From Gammaproteobacteria bacterium (lineage in GTDB: Bacteria > Pseudomonadota > Gammaproteobacteria > Arenicellales > Poriferihabitantaceae): 59,605 nt of DNA. This document shows, in pieces, positions 46,935 through 57,165 of the stretch. The notes under the pieces were generated by a model. It was not told the origin of the DNA and did no database searches. It worked only from the letters and a program-made list of their open reading frames with translations. How positions within the stretch are numbered: position 1 is the stretch's first letter; every line of letters starts with the position of its first letter. The DNA is taken from NCBI GenBank assembly GCA_030590945.1, contig JAUVBY010000004.1:1-59605 (forward strand). Reading direction: 5' to 3'. A program made the position numbers and the translations under genes.

Positions 46935-47534
46935 ATGTTTGGTCATGTTATCGGTTTGTTTAGTAGTCCGGAAAGCGAATGGAAGAAAATTCGTGCAAAG
47001 CTGGAAAATGGTACTTGCCAGTACACAATGCTGGTGTTTCTGCTCGCATTGCTTCCCCCGGTTAGTGGTTTCATCGGCACCACCCAATTTGGCTGGCAGA
47101 TAGGTACGGCTGAACCGGTTAAATTGACGGTCAGCAGCGCGTTAACTATTTCAGTCGGATACTATTTCGCGATCGTGCTCGGAATTTTTGTTATGGGTTA
47201 CGTTATTAAATGGATGGGCCAGACCTATGTGAAAAGCGTTCGCCTTTCTGAGGCCGTCGCATTAGCAGCATTTGTATCGGTGCCCTTGCTCCTGGTTGGT
47301 ATATTTATGCTTTACCCTATACTCTGGGTTAACTTTCTGGTCGGCCTGATGGCGCTGAGTTACTCGGTTTTTTTGCTGTATTCCGGTTTGCCTATCGTGA
47401 TGGATATCCCCAAGGAAAAAGGTTTTCTGTATGCCACGGCGATACTTGGTTTTGGTATGGTCGCGCTGGTTGGAATGCTGGTGGTTACGGTCTTGTTATG
47501 GGGTGTCGGCTTTGAGCCGAGCTTCACACGTTAA
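46935..47534 (+). CDS. Yip1-family membrane protein
   Basis: P..EW start, GWQIG, LLYSGLPIVMDIPKEKG. Confidence 0.85.
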   Translation: MFGHVIGLFSSPESEWKKIRAKLENGTCQYTMLVFLLALLPPVSGFIGTTQFGWQIGTAEPVKLTVSSALTISVGYYFAIVLGIFVMGYVIKWMGQTYVKSVRLSEAVALAAFVSVPLLLVGIFMLYPILWVNFLVGLMALSYSVFLLYSGLPIVMDIPKEKGFLYATAILGFGMVALVGMLVVTVLLWGVGFEPSFTR

Positions 47535-47547
47535 ATTCGAGATCAAA

Positions 47548-47820
47548 ATGGCAATTCCAAGAGCACAAAAACTAATCTCAATTTTCTGGCCATCTTTTCT
47601 GATAGCCGGTTTGGGCACTATGTTATTTTTTGTGGTGATTGATCCACGCGAGATGATCAGCCCGGCCTGGTTTGTAAATCTCGGACGGCTGGAGGCCTAC
47701 ACGGTTGGATTTTTATTTTTCTGGGTGCTAATGGCGATGGCCTGCTTTCTGACCTGCTATTTTCAGGAGCCCGAGGATCGGATTTGCTCGCAGGCGCCTA
47801 CCTGTCCGGATCGCACCTAA
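47548..47820 (+). CDS. Small hypothetical membrane protein
   Basis: IFWPSFLIAG...YTVGFLFFW. Confidence 0.75.
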   Translation: MAIPRAQKLISIFWPSFLIAGLGTMLFFVVIDPREMISPAWFVNLGRLEAYTVGFLFFWVLMAMACFLTCYFQEPEDRICSQAPTCPDRT

Positions 47821-47869
47821 CGCAGGATTGATCGGGTATAGGCGTATCGCTGGCAGGCCGTATTTAAAG

Positions 47870-47930
47870 ACACAAAGACCACTGAGGCCACAGAGCACAT
47901 AAATCTCTGTGGCCTCAGTGGTCTTTGTGT
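47870..47930. repeat. Perfect 26-bp inverted repeat with 9-nt loop
   Basis: ACACAAAGACCACTGAGGCCACAGAG / CTCTGTGGCCTCAGTGGTCTTTGTGT. Confidence 0.95.
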
Positions 47931-47963
47931 TAGATATTTATAGTTTATTTAGTAGAGTTTTTC

Positions 47964-49166
47964 ATGAGCAAGCGAGAACTGCACGATCAATATCTTTTTC
48001 CTAATTATGCGCCCATGCAAATCATGCCATCGCACGGTAAAGGTGCGCGGCTTTGGGATACAGATGGCCGGGAATATATTGATTTTGCGGCGGGTATAGC
48101 CGTTAGCTCGCTGGGTCACGCGCATCCGGCACTGATTGATGCTCTGTATCAACAATCGAAGAAATATTGGCACGTCAGCAATCTGATGACTAACGAGCCC
48201 GCGATTCTGTTGGCGAAGGCACTGGTGGAGGCAACCTTTGCCGAACGGGTATTTTTCTCGAACTCAGGAGCAGAGGCAAACGAGGCAGCGCTAAAACTAG
48301 CGAGGCGTTACGCGCATGACAATTTTGGGCCGGAAAAATTTGAAATCATTGCATTTGAAGATGGTTTTCACGGTCGAACCCTGTTCACTGTTAGCGTAGG
48401 AGGCCAGGCTAAGTATAGCGACGGATTCGGGCCTGCTCTGGAAGGTATTACCCATTTGCCTTTTAACGATATTGCTGTACTGGAGGCAGCAATATCGGAA
48501 AAAACATGCGCCATTATGGTGGAGCCTATCCAGGGCGAGAGCGGCGTGGTGCCTGCCAATGTTGAATTCTTAAAGCGAGCGCGTGAGCTCTGCGATCAGC
48601 ATAATGCGCTGCTAATTTTTGACGAGGTTCAAACCGGTGTAATGCGAACCGGTGAGTTATATGCTTACATAGGGCTGGGGGTAGAGCCGGATATTTTAAC
48701 CTCCGCAAAAGGACTGGGTGGTGGAATGCCTATAGGGGCAACTCTAAGCAGCCAGAAAATAGCACAGGCCTTTGGCGTGGGCGTGCATGGCAGCACCTTC
48801 GGTGGAAATCCGTTGGCCTGCGCTGTGGCAAACAAAGTTTTAGAGCTGGTAAACACACCCCAAATGAAGGTTCAGGTGCAAGCACGTGCAATGCAGCTTC
48901 AGGGTGGTCTGGAATCACTCAACAACGAGTTTAGTCTGTTTGCAGAAATCCGCGGCGAAGGTTTATTGCTGGGTTGTGTGCTGAGTCCTGAATTTGCAGG
49001 CCGTTCTCGTGAATTGTTAAACCTGATGATGGATCAGGGAGTGCTGGCTCTGGTTGCCGGTGACAATGTGTTGCGCATGGCGCCGCCTTTGGTGCTTGAA
49101 GAGCAGGATGTGAACGAAGGGCTGGCGGCTATGACAGCCGCGGTAAAAATATTTATGGCTGGCTGA
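47964..49166 (+). CDS. argD: Acetylornithine/succinylornithine aminotransferase
   Basis: NSGAEANE, FHGRT, EPIQGE, DEVQTG, AKGLGGG, STFGGNP. Confidence 0.9.
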   Translation: MSKRELHDQYLFPNYAPMQIMPSHGKGARLWDTDGREYIDFAAGIAVSSLGHAHPALIDALYQQSKKYWHVSNLMTNEPAILLAKALVEATFAERVFFSNSGAEANEAALKLARRYAHDNFGPEKFEIIAFEDGFHGRTLFTVSVGGQAKYSDGFGPALEGITHLPFNDIAVLEAAISEKTCAIMVEPIQGESGVVPANVEFLKRARELCDQHNALLIFDEVQTGVMRTGELYAYIGLGVEPDILTSAKGLGGGMPIGATLSSQKIAQAFGVGVHGSTFGGNPLACAVANKVLELVNTPQMKVQVQARAMQLQGGLESLNNEFSLFAEIRGEGLLLGCVLSPEFAGRSRELLNLMMDQGVLALVAGDNVLRMAPPLVLEEQDVNEGLAAMTAAVKIFMAG

Positions 49167-49284
49167 TTGTTCTGATCGTTGCAAAACGGCTGCGATTGGC
49201 GAATGGAAGAATCACAAAATCGTGGCACGCGACAGGGCGCAAGCATACAAGCAGGGTTGCACCGGATACTACCCCGCGCTGGAA

Positions 49285-50499
49285 TTACCCGTAACGACTA
49301 AAAACCAGCGAGCAATTGGTACCGCCAAAGCCAAAACTATTGGACATGACAGTATTCATGGTGACGCCTTCTTCAAGTTGCGTGACGATGGGAAAGCCTT
49401 CGGCGTATTCGTCCAGGTTCTCGATATTTACCGAAGCAGCGATGAAATCGTTTTGCATCATTAGCAGGGAGTATATGGCTTCGTTTGACCCGGCGGCCCC
49501 CAGCGCATGCCCTGTCAGAGATTTAGTTGAGGTGATTTTGGGTTTTTGCTCGCCAAAAACTTCAGCGATGGCCTCGAGTTCCCTGATATCTCCGATCGGG
49601 GTGCTGGTGCCATGTGCGTTCAGGTAGTCGATGGGTTGCTCCACATTTTGCATGGCCTGTCGCATACAGCGTACCGCTCCTTCTCCTGAAGGTTGCACCA
49701 TGTCATAGCCGTCAGAGGTTGCGCCATACCCGGTTAATTCAGCATAGATGGTTGCACCGCGCGCCAGCGCGTGCTCCAGCTCTTCGAGCACCAGTACGCT
49801 GCCGCCACCGGAAATGACAAAACCATCGCGATCTTTGTCAAAGGTGCGCGACGCGCGTTCAGGGTCGTCGTTGTAATTGCTGGACATCGCACCCATGCCG
49901 TCAAATAATACCGACATGGCCCAGTGTACCTCTTCGCCGCCTCCGGCAAATATGATATCCTGTTTGTCAAACTGGATGAGTTCAGCGCCATGACCAATGC
50001 AATGCGCGCTGGTTGAGCAGGCTGAAGAAATCGTATAGGACACGCCTTTTATCTTATAGGGCGTGCTGACACAGGCGGGTATCGTGCTGGCCATAGTCTT
50101 CGTGACCATGTAGGGGCCGACGCGTTTTATGCCACGCTCACGCAATGCATCAGCCGCTTTGACTATGTTCTCAGGGGAAGCGCCACCAGTGCCCAGAATC
50201 AAACCGGTGCGTTCAGATTGAACATGGCTTTCACTGAGGCCGGCGTCGTCGATGGCCTCCTGCATTGCGATATATGAGAATGCGGCGGCATCACCCATAA
50301 ATCGATATATTTTTCGGTCGATCATCGATTTTGCGTCGATATTAATCTTACCGTGCACGCGTGATCGCATGCCCAGTTCGGTGTATTCAGGTGCAGCAAC
50401 AATGCCTGAGCGCCCGGATTTCAGGGCATCAAGAACCTCGGATTTGTTGTTGCCAATACTGGAAACAATGCCCATACCTGTAATAACCACTCGACGCAT
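49285..50499 (-). CDS. fabB: Beta-ketoacyl-ACP synthase I
   Basis: [24 protein letters not shown]; downstream of fabA. Confidence 0.96.
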   Translation of the reverse strand: MRRVVITGMGIVSSIGNNKSEVLDALKSGRSGIVAAPEYTELGMRSRVHGKINIDAKSMIDRKIYRFMGDAAAFSYIAMQEAIDDAGLSESHVQSERTGLILGTGGASPENIVKAADALRERGIKRVGPYMVTKTMASTIPACVSTPYKIKGVSYTISSACSTSAHCIGHGAELIQFDKQDIIFAGGGEEVHWAMSVLFDGMGAMSSNYNDDPERASRTFDKDRDGFVISGGGSVLVLEELEHALARGATIYAELTGYGATSDGYDMVQPSGEGAVRCMRQAMQNVEQPIDYLNAHGTSTPIGDIRELEAIAEVFGEQKPKITSTKSLTGHALGAAGSNEAIYSLLMMQNDFIAASVNIENLDEYAEGFPIVTQLEEGVTMNTVMSNSFGFGGTNCSLVFSRYG

Positions 50500-50510
50500 G
50501 CTATGTGCTC

Positions 50511-51026
50511 CTAAAATTTTGAAGTATCGGTAAATAATCCTACGCGTAAATCTTTACACTGGTAAACCACACGCCCGTCCACTTCGACCACGCCATCGGC
50601 AATTCCCATGTGCAAGCGTCGTGAAATCACGCGTTTCAGGTTGAGGCGGTACGTCACTTTTTTGGCGGTTGGCAGAATTTGACCGGAAAACTTTATTTCT
50701 CCAGCACCCAGTGCGCGCCCGCGCCCGGGGCTGCCGGTCCAGCCAAGGTAAAAGCCCACCAGTTGCCAGAGCGCATCCAGCCCGAGGCAGCCGGGCATAA
50801 CCGGGTCGCTTTCAAAATGGCATTCGAAAAACCAGAGGTCGGGTTTGATATCTAGCTCGGCAATGATTTCACCCTTGCCATAGTCGCCTCCTTCGTCGCT
50901 GATATGCACAATACGATCCATCATAAGCATATTCGGTAAAGGCAGTCTGGCGTTACCCTCGCCAAAGACCTCACCGTGCCCACAGGCGATTAATTCTTCG
51001 TAACTAAATTTATTTTTTCTGGACAT
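50511..51026 (-). CDS. fabA: 3-hydroxyacyl-ACP dehydratase/isomerase
   Basis: [21 protein letters not shown]. Confidence 0.97.
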   Translation of the reverse strand: MSRKNKFSYEELIACGHGEVFGEGNARLPLPNMLMMDRIVHISDEGGDYGKGEIIAELDIKPDLWFFECHFESDPVMPGCLGLDALWQLVGFYLGWTGSPGRGRALGAGEIKFSGQILPTAKKVTYRLNLKRVISRRLHMGIADGVVEVDGRVVYQCKDLRVGLFTDTSKF

Positions 51027-51163
51027 CTAATTATTTTCGTAAGAGAAAGGCTAAGACAATCGCGGGATTCTACTAGACTCACGCCTGTACATCAAAGTAC
51101 GTTTGACCATAAATTTTGATTTCAGTTAACATATTGAATTGAAGCGGGCGTTACAATAGCCTC

Positions 51164-51754
51164 ATGTCAGATTTATATGCCGTTCAGGAAGCCGCGCCCA
51201 ATAGTTTCATTTACGTCGTCGATGACGCCATTTCTCGCGAAGATTGCAGGGCGATGGTGGAACAATTTGAGGCCAGCCCTGAGCAACAGTATGTGGGACG
51301 TATTGGTGAGAAGCAACAGATTGCAGAGCAGGTTAAGAAATCCACCGATTTGCGTATTAGTGGCCGTCAGGATTGGGCATCGTACGATGCAATTTTTCGC
51401 GAATCCATGCACAAGGCGATCAGGAGTTTATCCGCGCTGCACCCCTTCTTTTCGGCCAATCGATTCAAGGATCTTGGGTATAACCTGCAGCGCACCAATG
51501 CGGGTGAGTATTATCACTGGCATCTGGATGCCGGGCCGGGTGAGTTGAGCCAGCGCGTATTAGTGGCGATCTGGTATCTCAATGATGTGGCCGGGCCGGG
51601 CGGTGCGACTGAGTTTCATCATCAGAATCTGTCTATTCAACCTCAGGCAGGGCGCCTGGTGCTGTTTCCACCATTCTGGACTCATTTGCACCAAAATTCC
51701 ACGCTCGAAAAAGGCGTGAAGTATATTTCTACTACCTGGTTATGCTACGCTTAG
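51164..51754 (+). CDS. 2OG-Fe(II) oxygenase (prolyl-4-hydroxylase-like)
   Basis: HLD, WYLND, GGATEF, FPPFWTH, KYI. Confidence 0.88.
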   Translation: MSDLYAVQEAAPNSFIYVVDDAISREDCRAMVEQFEASPEQQYVGRIGEKQQIAEQVKKSTDLRISGRQDWASYDAIFRESMHKAIRSLSALHPFFSANRFKDLGYNLQRTNAGEYYHWHLDAGPGELSQRVLVAIWYLNDVAGPGGATEFHHQNLSIQPQAGRLVLFPPFWTHLHQNSTLEKGVKYISTTWLCYA

Positions 51755-51871
51755 GCTTATCCCAAACCCTCTGCCGGGATTTGGGATAATACCTTGCCGG
51801 GCGTATAGGGCTCGCCAAAGTGGCATTGCCGAATCTAATTTATACGATTCTAATTTATTAAGGGAGAAGTC

Positions 51872-53140
51872 GTGACAGCTAAAAAATCGACGAAAAAAAC
51901 GACCAGTAAATCGACCGGGACCAGTGCGCCTGCGGCAACGCAAAAAATAGCGGTGAAGGGCGCTGCTACAAAAGGGAACGCAAAACAGCTTGGCAAAAAA
52001 GTGAGTAAAAAAGTGAGTAAAAAAGTGAGCCAGAAAAGCACGATAATCAAAAGCAGTGGCGTAAGTCGGGAAACCGCTGTAAGCAAGGCGGCGCCGGGCA
52101 AACAAAATACAAACGAAGCTTTGATCTCCAATAGTAGCGGGAAATTTGCATTGGCTGCAGGTCTGATAGCGCTGGTTTTATCGGTATACGCAGTTTATCA
52201 GACCACACTTGGCACGCAAATTACCCGTGTTCAGGTGGCAGGTGTGGAGGACCGGTTGAATGCAACGGCCGCCGATCAGCAAGGCGTACGCTCAGGATTT
52301 GATCAGCTGAAAACGCGTAGCGAAGAAGGTTTCAATCAATTCGATAAGCGCCTGGGCGAGGTGGAATCCACTGTCGCAAAGCTGGAACTTGCATCGCAGG
52401 CATCTATTGATGATATAAAGGCTAATCTGGGCGAAAGCGTGGCGCGCTGGAAGCTGGATGAGGTGCATTCCCTGTTGACACGCGTTAACCGGATGTACCA
52501 GATTACTGGAGAACAGGCACAGGCGATCGCCGGTCTGGAATTGGCACAGTCAAGTCTGGCTACGATCGATAATCCCGGGCTGGTGGAGGTGAATACCGCA
52601 TTAGCAGAAGATTTATTACGCGTTCAGGCTGCTCGGAATGTGGATATCGTGTCGATCAATGATCGTATGCTGGGCATTCTTTCATTGATACCTGAATTGG
52701 TATTGGCTGAAGATGCGCGTGCCATTGACGATGATCCTGAATTGAAGGATGAGCAGTCAGTTGATTCGGCTGAGGATGGAATTTTCGCCGCAGGGAAATC
52801 TCTGTTAAGCGATATTGGCAGCCTGGTAAAACATAAGAACCTGGATGCGCCGCTACAGCCTTCACTGGATGAACTTGCCCGATACGTCGTATATGAGTCC
52901 TTGCGCCTGCAGGCGCATGCGGTGATGGCGGCCTCCTTAAGACGGGATAATGCCAGCTTTCAATCTCAACTTATGCTCGCGAGTGAGACTTTAACCCGAT
53001 ATTTTGACGGCGGGCAGGCAAGCACACAAACTGCGTTGGATCAGCTACAGGTGTTGCAGTCTTTTGACGTCAGTCTGGATGTTCAGGCAATATCACGTGC
53101 ACTTACGGCGCTGAATCGTTTGATGCTGATGGAGAATTAG
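51872..53140 (+). CDS. hemX: HemX-like membrane protein with long basic N-terminal tail
   Basis: TM then coiled coil, WKLDEV, LRLQA...YFD; upstream of HemY-like gene. Confidence 0.75.
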   Translation: MTAKKSTKKTTSKSTGTSAPAATQKIAVKGAATKGNAKQLGKKVSKKVSKKVSQKSTIIKSSGVSRETAVSKAAPGKQNTNEALISNSSGKFALAAGLIALVLSVYAVYQTTLGTQITRVQVAGVEDRLNATAADQQGVRSGFDQLKTRSEEGFNQFDKRLGEVESTVAKLELASQASIDDIKANLGESVARWKLDEVHSLLTRVNRMYQITGEQAQAIAGLELAQSSLATIDNPGLVEVNTALAEDLLRVQAARNVDIVSINDRMLGILSLIPELVLAEDARAIDDDPELKDEQSVDSAEDGIFAAGKSLLSDIGSLVKHKNLDAPLQPSLDELARYVVYESLRLQAHAVMAASLRRDNASFQSQLMLASETLTRYFDGGQASTQTALDQLQVLQSFDVSLDVQAISRALTALNRLMLMEN

Positions 53141-53247
53141 AGTATGAGGTATCAAAATACAGCGGGTAACCCCATATCGCAAGCCCGAGGTTTGATGTCT
53201 CGTTTTGAAGAGACTATTAAGGCTAATAATGAGCAGGGAGGCAGGCT

Positions 53248-54606
53248 ATGAAACTATTAATCATTGTAATACTTTCACTGGCAGCCGCTACGACAATAGG
53301 CCTGGTTTCACTGGATAACCCTGGCATTATGCTGGTTTCATACGGATCAGACAGCTGGGAAATGCCGCTGGTGTTGGCTCTGTTATTCATCGCGGTCACC
53401 TTCGCCCTGTTATACCTGGCCTTTAATTTTTTATTCGGCGTGTTGCGCGCACCTAAAAAGGCCAGGGCATGGAATGAGCAGCGGCAAAACAGGAACGCGC
53501 AAGATGATACCTTGCGCGGCTACGCACGTTTAATCGAGGGCGAATGGGCGCAGGGAGAAAAAGATCTGGTGAAACGCTTGAATTACTGTAAAACACCAAT
53601 GTTAAATTATCTTGGGGCCGCTTACGCAGCGCAGCAGCAGCTCAACTACGAGCAGCGTGATAAATATCTGGCTGAAGCCGAAAAAATTGATCCGAAAAAC
53701 CGTATGGCGATCGATATCAGCAGAGCCAGAATGCTTACACAGGAGGGCGACTTTGAGCGGGCCCGGGCATTGTTAAGCGATATGCAGGAGCTGGCGCCGA
53801 CGAATAAGACCATATTGCGCTTGATGGCCGATGTCTGCAAACGCACTGAAGACTGGGAGGGGCTTAATGTACTTCTGCCACGCCTGGAGAAAACAAAGGC
53901 GCTGCCCGAAGATCAGATTGTGTTGCTGGAGGTTGCGGTGCGCGCGGCCCGGTTGAATACGGCTTTGCCCGATGCGCAGAACCCTTCCACGCTTACACAG
54001 TATCAAAAATTACCCGGTAAGCGCAAAAAACAGGCTCAGATCGCCGCGATGTATGCGAACAAGTTAATCGAAGAGGGCGATCTGAGCGCAGCAGAGCAGG
54101 TCGTACGCAAGGCTATTAAAAAGGAATGGAGCAGCGAGCTGGCTGGTTTGTATGGAAAAACCAGAATTGATAACCTGCGCAGCCAGATCCTGCTGGCGAC
54201 CAGCTGGTTGGCAAACAATCAAAACGATGTAAATGTAAATCTGACGCTGGCAAGATTAAATCTTGCGTATGGGCAACTGGACAAAGCCCGCGTTTACTAC
54301 AATATGGCGATTGAGTTGGGCGGCAGTGAAGAAGCTTATCTTGAACTAGGTAAATTTTACGAAGAAGAAGGGAATCATAAAACCGCGCTGGCATACTATA
54401 AACGCGGTATTGAAGCATCGATAAGCGCAGGTCGGGAGACTCAGATTATTCAGCAGGCAAGCGATACAAAGTCGCTGGAATCAATCGTTACGCCCGGCTC
54501 TTCGGATATGAATCAAGCTGTAGTGGATCAGCCACAGGCAAGCCTGGCTAAGTTGAGCGAGGAATCTGAAATACAGGACGCAATGATCATCGAGCATAAA
54601 GCCTAA
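53248..54606 (+). CDS. hemY: HemY-like TPR membrane protein
   Basis: NPG, two TMs, LIEGEW, NYLGAAYAAQQ, TPR repeats. Confidence 0.85.
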   Translation: MKLLIIVILSLAAATTIGLVSLDNPGIMLVSYGSDSWEMPLVLALLFIAVTFALLYLAFNFLFGVLRAPKKARAWNEQRQNRNAQDDTLRGYARLIEGEWAQGEKDLVKRLNYCKTPMLNYLGAAYAAQQQLNYEQRDKYLAEAEKIDPKNRMAIDISRARMLTQEGDFERARALLSDMQELAPTNKTILRLMADVCKRTEDWEGLNVLLPRLEKTKALPEDQIVLLEVAVRAARLNTALPDAQNPSTLTQYQKLPGKRKKQAQIAAMYANKLIEEGDLSAAEQVVRKAIKKEWSSELAGLYGKTRIDNLRSQILLATSWLANNQNDVNVNLTLARLNLAYGQLDKARVYYNMAIELGGSEEAYLELGKFYEEEGNHKTALAYYKRGIEASISAGRETQIIQQASDTKSLESIVTPGSSDMNQAVVDQPQASLAKLSEESEIQDAMIIEHKA

Positions 54607-54637
54607 CGTCGAATAGTTGCTTAAAGTGGAGGTAAAC

Positions 54638-55588
54638 ATGAGCTCAATCGAAACCATACCGTTGCTCAACGAAAAAAAGCTTTCCGCTCTGGGTATCACC
54701 ACCAGCGAGGTAATACAAAGTATTGAAACCCTGATTTCAAACCAGGAAAATCAAACCGCCTGGAGTGCGCCAAAAGCGGTAATCCTGCCTGAAGATGGCC
54801 GCTATATGATGGCGGCACTGGCGGCTACTGATGATCCACCGTTGCTGGCTGTAAAAACAGTTGTATTAAACCCCCGGAATCCGGCGCGCGGCCTTCCTCA
54901 AATAAATGGCCTGGTGACAATGCTGGATAGCGACACTGGCTTGCCCGTCGCCATTCTTGATGGGAACTGGATCACAGCTGTGCGCACGGCTGGCCTTAGC
55001 GCGACGGCTGCTAAATATATGGCAAGAAAGGATGCCTCTGTGATTGCATTTATCGGCAGCGGGGTTCAGGCCGGGAGTCATTTGCAGGCGTTCTCAGATC
55101 TATTCCCGCTCGAAGAGGTACGCGTGTTCGGCCGTGGGCAAACCAATATTGACACGCTTTGCGAAGATGCGGCTAGCCGCTCTTTATCGTCGGTTGTTTG
55201 CAGCTCTGCGGAGGAGGCCGTTACGAATGCTGATCTCGTCATAAGCAGCGTAACGTATTCGGCCAGCCTGGTCCCTTTTATTGATGCCAACTGGCTTAAA
55301 CCCGGCTCCTTTTCGGCGATTACGGATTTGGCTGCACCCTGGATAAAAGACAGTTTCTCAGCGTTTGATCAGATAACCATCGATGACCTTCAACAGGAGG
55401 ACACCCTACCCAATAAACTTGTCTCACCCGAATTTGTCACGGGAGATTTGTCCGGGATGATATTGGGGAAATTTGCCGGGCGAACACGGGATAGTGACCG
55501 CAATGCGTTTATATTCCGGGGCCATGCGATGGGTGATCTTGCGTTATCCATGCTTGCATATCAACGCGCATTGGGTACCAGGTCTTAG
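54638..55588 (+). CDS. Ornithine cyclodeaminase/mu-crystallin family protein
   Basis: ITAVRTAG, GSGVQA, GHAMGD. Confidence 0.88.
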   Translation: MSSIETIPLLNEKKLSALGITTSEVIQSIETLISNQENQTAWSAPKAVILPEDGRYMMAALAATDDPPLLAVKTVVLNPRNPARGLPQINGLVTMLDSDTGLPVAILDGNWITAVRTAGLSATAAKYMARKDASVIAFIGSGVQAGSHLQAFSDLFPLEEVRVFGRGQTNIDTLCEDAASRSLSSVVCSSAEEAVTNADLVISSVTYSASLVPFIDANWLKPGSFSAITDLAAPWIKDSFSAFDQITIDDLQQEDTLPNKLVSPEFVTGDLSGMILGKFAGRTRDSDRNAFIFRGHAMGDLALSMLAYQRALGTRS

Positions 55589-55607
55589 CGCTTTCGGAGG
55601 ACCAGTC

Positions 55608-56024
55608 ATGTCACAATGTTGCAGCTCTTCAGATACTCCCCGGACTTATCCAAAACGTCACAGATGCCCTGTGAATAGCATGCAATATGTCAGTGTTTCA
55701 CCGACAACAATGTTGCACCACCTGTTAGCACCATGGGCATGGCAGCCTGTCGAACAAGGGTATTATTTTTGTGATGATCCCGAATGTGACGTGGTCTATT
55801 TTGCTCAGGATGATTCGACGATCACCCGTTCATCCCTGCGCACAAAGGTTGGTATAAAAGAAAAATCAGACTCATCCCTGATCTGTTACTGTTTTGGGAT
55901 TAGCAAAAAAGACGCAAGCAATAAATCGATTAAAGACTTTGTTATAAAAAGCACAAAAGAGCAAAGCTGTGCCTGCGCGACGCGTAATCCCTCGGGCCGC
56001 TGTTGTTTAAAGGATTTCCCTTAA
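55608..56024 (+). CDS. Cys-rich metal-binding protein (CopZ N-terminal / BFD-like)
   Basis: CP, YFCDDPECDVVYF, ICYCF, CACATRNPSGRCC; RBS GGAGG. Confidence 0.85.
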   Translation: MSQCCSSSDTPRTYPKRHRCPVNSMQYVSVSPTTMLHHLLAPWAWQPVEQGYYFCDDPECDVVYFAQDDSTITRSSLRTKVGIKEKSDSSLICYCFGISKKDASNKSIKDFVIKSTKEQSCACATRNPSGRCCLKDFP

Positions 56025-56061
56025 GCGCGTGGTCCGATGCGCGGGCCATATTTATGCGAAA

Positions 56062-57087
56062 CTATTCATTTTCTGCGGCGTAATCAAAGGCATCGGAATA
56101 GAAGAAATCAGCATCCAGACCGTTGTTTTTGAATACTTCTTTAAGTGCATTGACCATTACAGGGGGCCCGGATGCGTATACGCTGTGTCCTGCGGCATCG
56201 GGAAAATCCTGAGCAATGGCGTCGTGTACGAATCCGGTTCGTCCGGACCAGTTATCTGCATCGCTCGCGTCCGACAGTACCGGGATGTAGGTGAAATCCT
56301 CGATACGATTGGCCCATTGCTCCGCCTGTTCATTTAAATACAGATCTGCGCGGGTTCGAGCGCCCCAGTAGAGCGTAATCGGCATTTTCGAATCGTTTTC
56401 CAGGGCGTCTTCAATCAATCCTTTAATCGGTGCGTAACCGGTGCCGCCCGCGACCATAATGATAGGTTGATTTTCGTCTTTACGCAGGAAGTAGGTGCCA
56501 AACGGGCCTTGAATGCGCAGTATGGCTTTTACTTGTACGCTGTCTTTAATCTGCGGCGAATAGTAGCCGTCGGGGACGACACGGATATGCAACTCCAGTC
56601 CTTCCTGCTTAGCCTGAGTTGGCGTGTTCGCAATCGAAAAGCTTCGTTCCCTGCCGTTTTTCAGCAGGATATTGATATATTGGCCGGGCAGATAGTCAAA
56701 GGTCTGGGTGCTGGGCAGGCTAAGATACAGCTGCACAACGTCTTCACAAAGCAGGGTTTTTTCGCGGACACGCGTGGGCAGGGTTTTGATCTCAATTTCC
56801 CGCGCGCGCGCAATTTCTTTTACCTCAATTTCAATATCTTCCAGAGGCACAGCCTGGCATGGCAAACATAATCCCTGTTCCAGTTCATCATCCGACAAGA
56901 CACCCGGGTCGCGCATTATATGTTCAACCTTGCCGCTGACCAGTCTGGCTTTGCAGGCTCCACAGGCGCCCGACTGGCATCCGTAGGGATACAGGTGGCC
57001 GTTGCGCAGGGCCGCTTGCAAAATAGTTTCATCTTTCTCGGTATGAAAGCGGGTGTTGTTGGTAATATTATGAATAGAGTGAGTCAT
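56062..57087 (-). CDS. 2Fe-2S ferredoxin:NAD(P)H reductase (CDP-6-deoxy-glucoseen reductase-like)
   Basis: CQSGACGAC, RSFSIA, AGGTGYAP, GPPVMV, DAF. Confidence 0.92.
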   Translation of the reverse strand: MTHSIHNITNNTRFHTEKDETILQAALRNGHLYPYGCQSGACGACKARLVSGKVEHIMRDPGVLSDDELEQGLCLPCQAVPLEDIEIEVKEIARAREIEIKTLPTRVREKTLLCEDVVQLYLSLPSTQTFDYLPGQYINILLKNGRERSFSIANTPTQAKQEGLELHIRVVPDGYYSPQIKDSVQVKAILRIQGPFGTYFLRKDENQPIIMVAGGTGYAPIKGLIEDALENDSKMPITLYWGARTRADLYLNEQAEQWANRIEDFTYIPVLSDASDADNWSGRTGFVHDAIAQDFPDAAGHSVYASGPPVMVNALKEVFKNNGLDADFFYSDAFDYAAENE

Positions 57088-57165
57088 AAGAATCGGCAAT
57101 GGCGCTAGTCGGCGCCATTGTAGGCGAAGCAATGTGCAATTTCAGCCCCAAAAAACAAGCGGATT

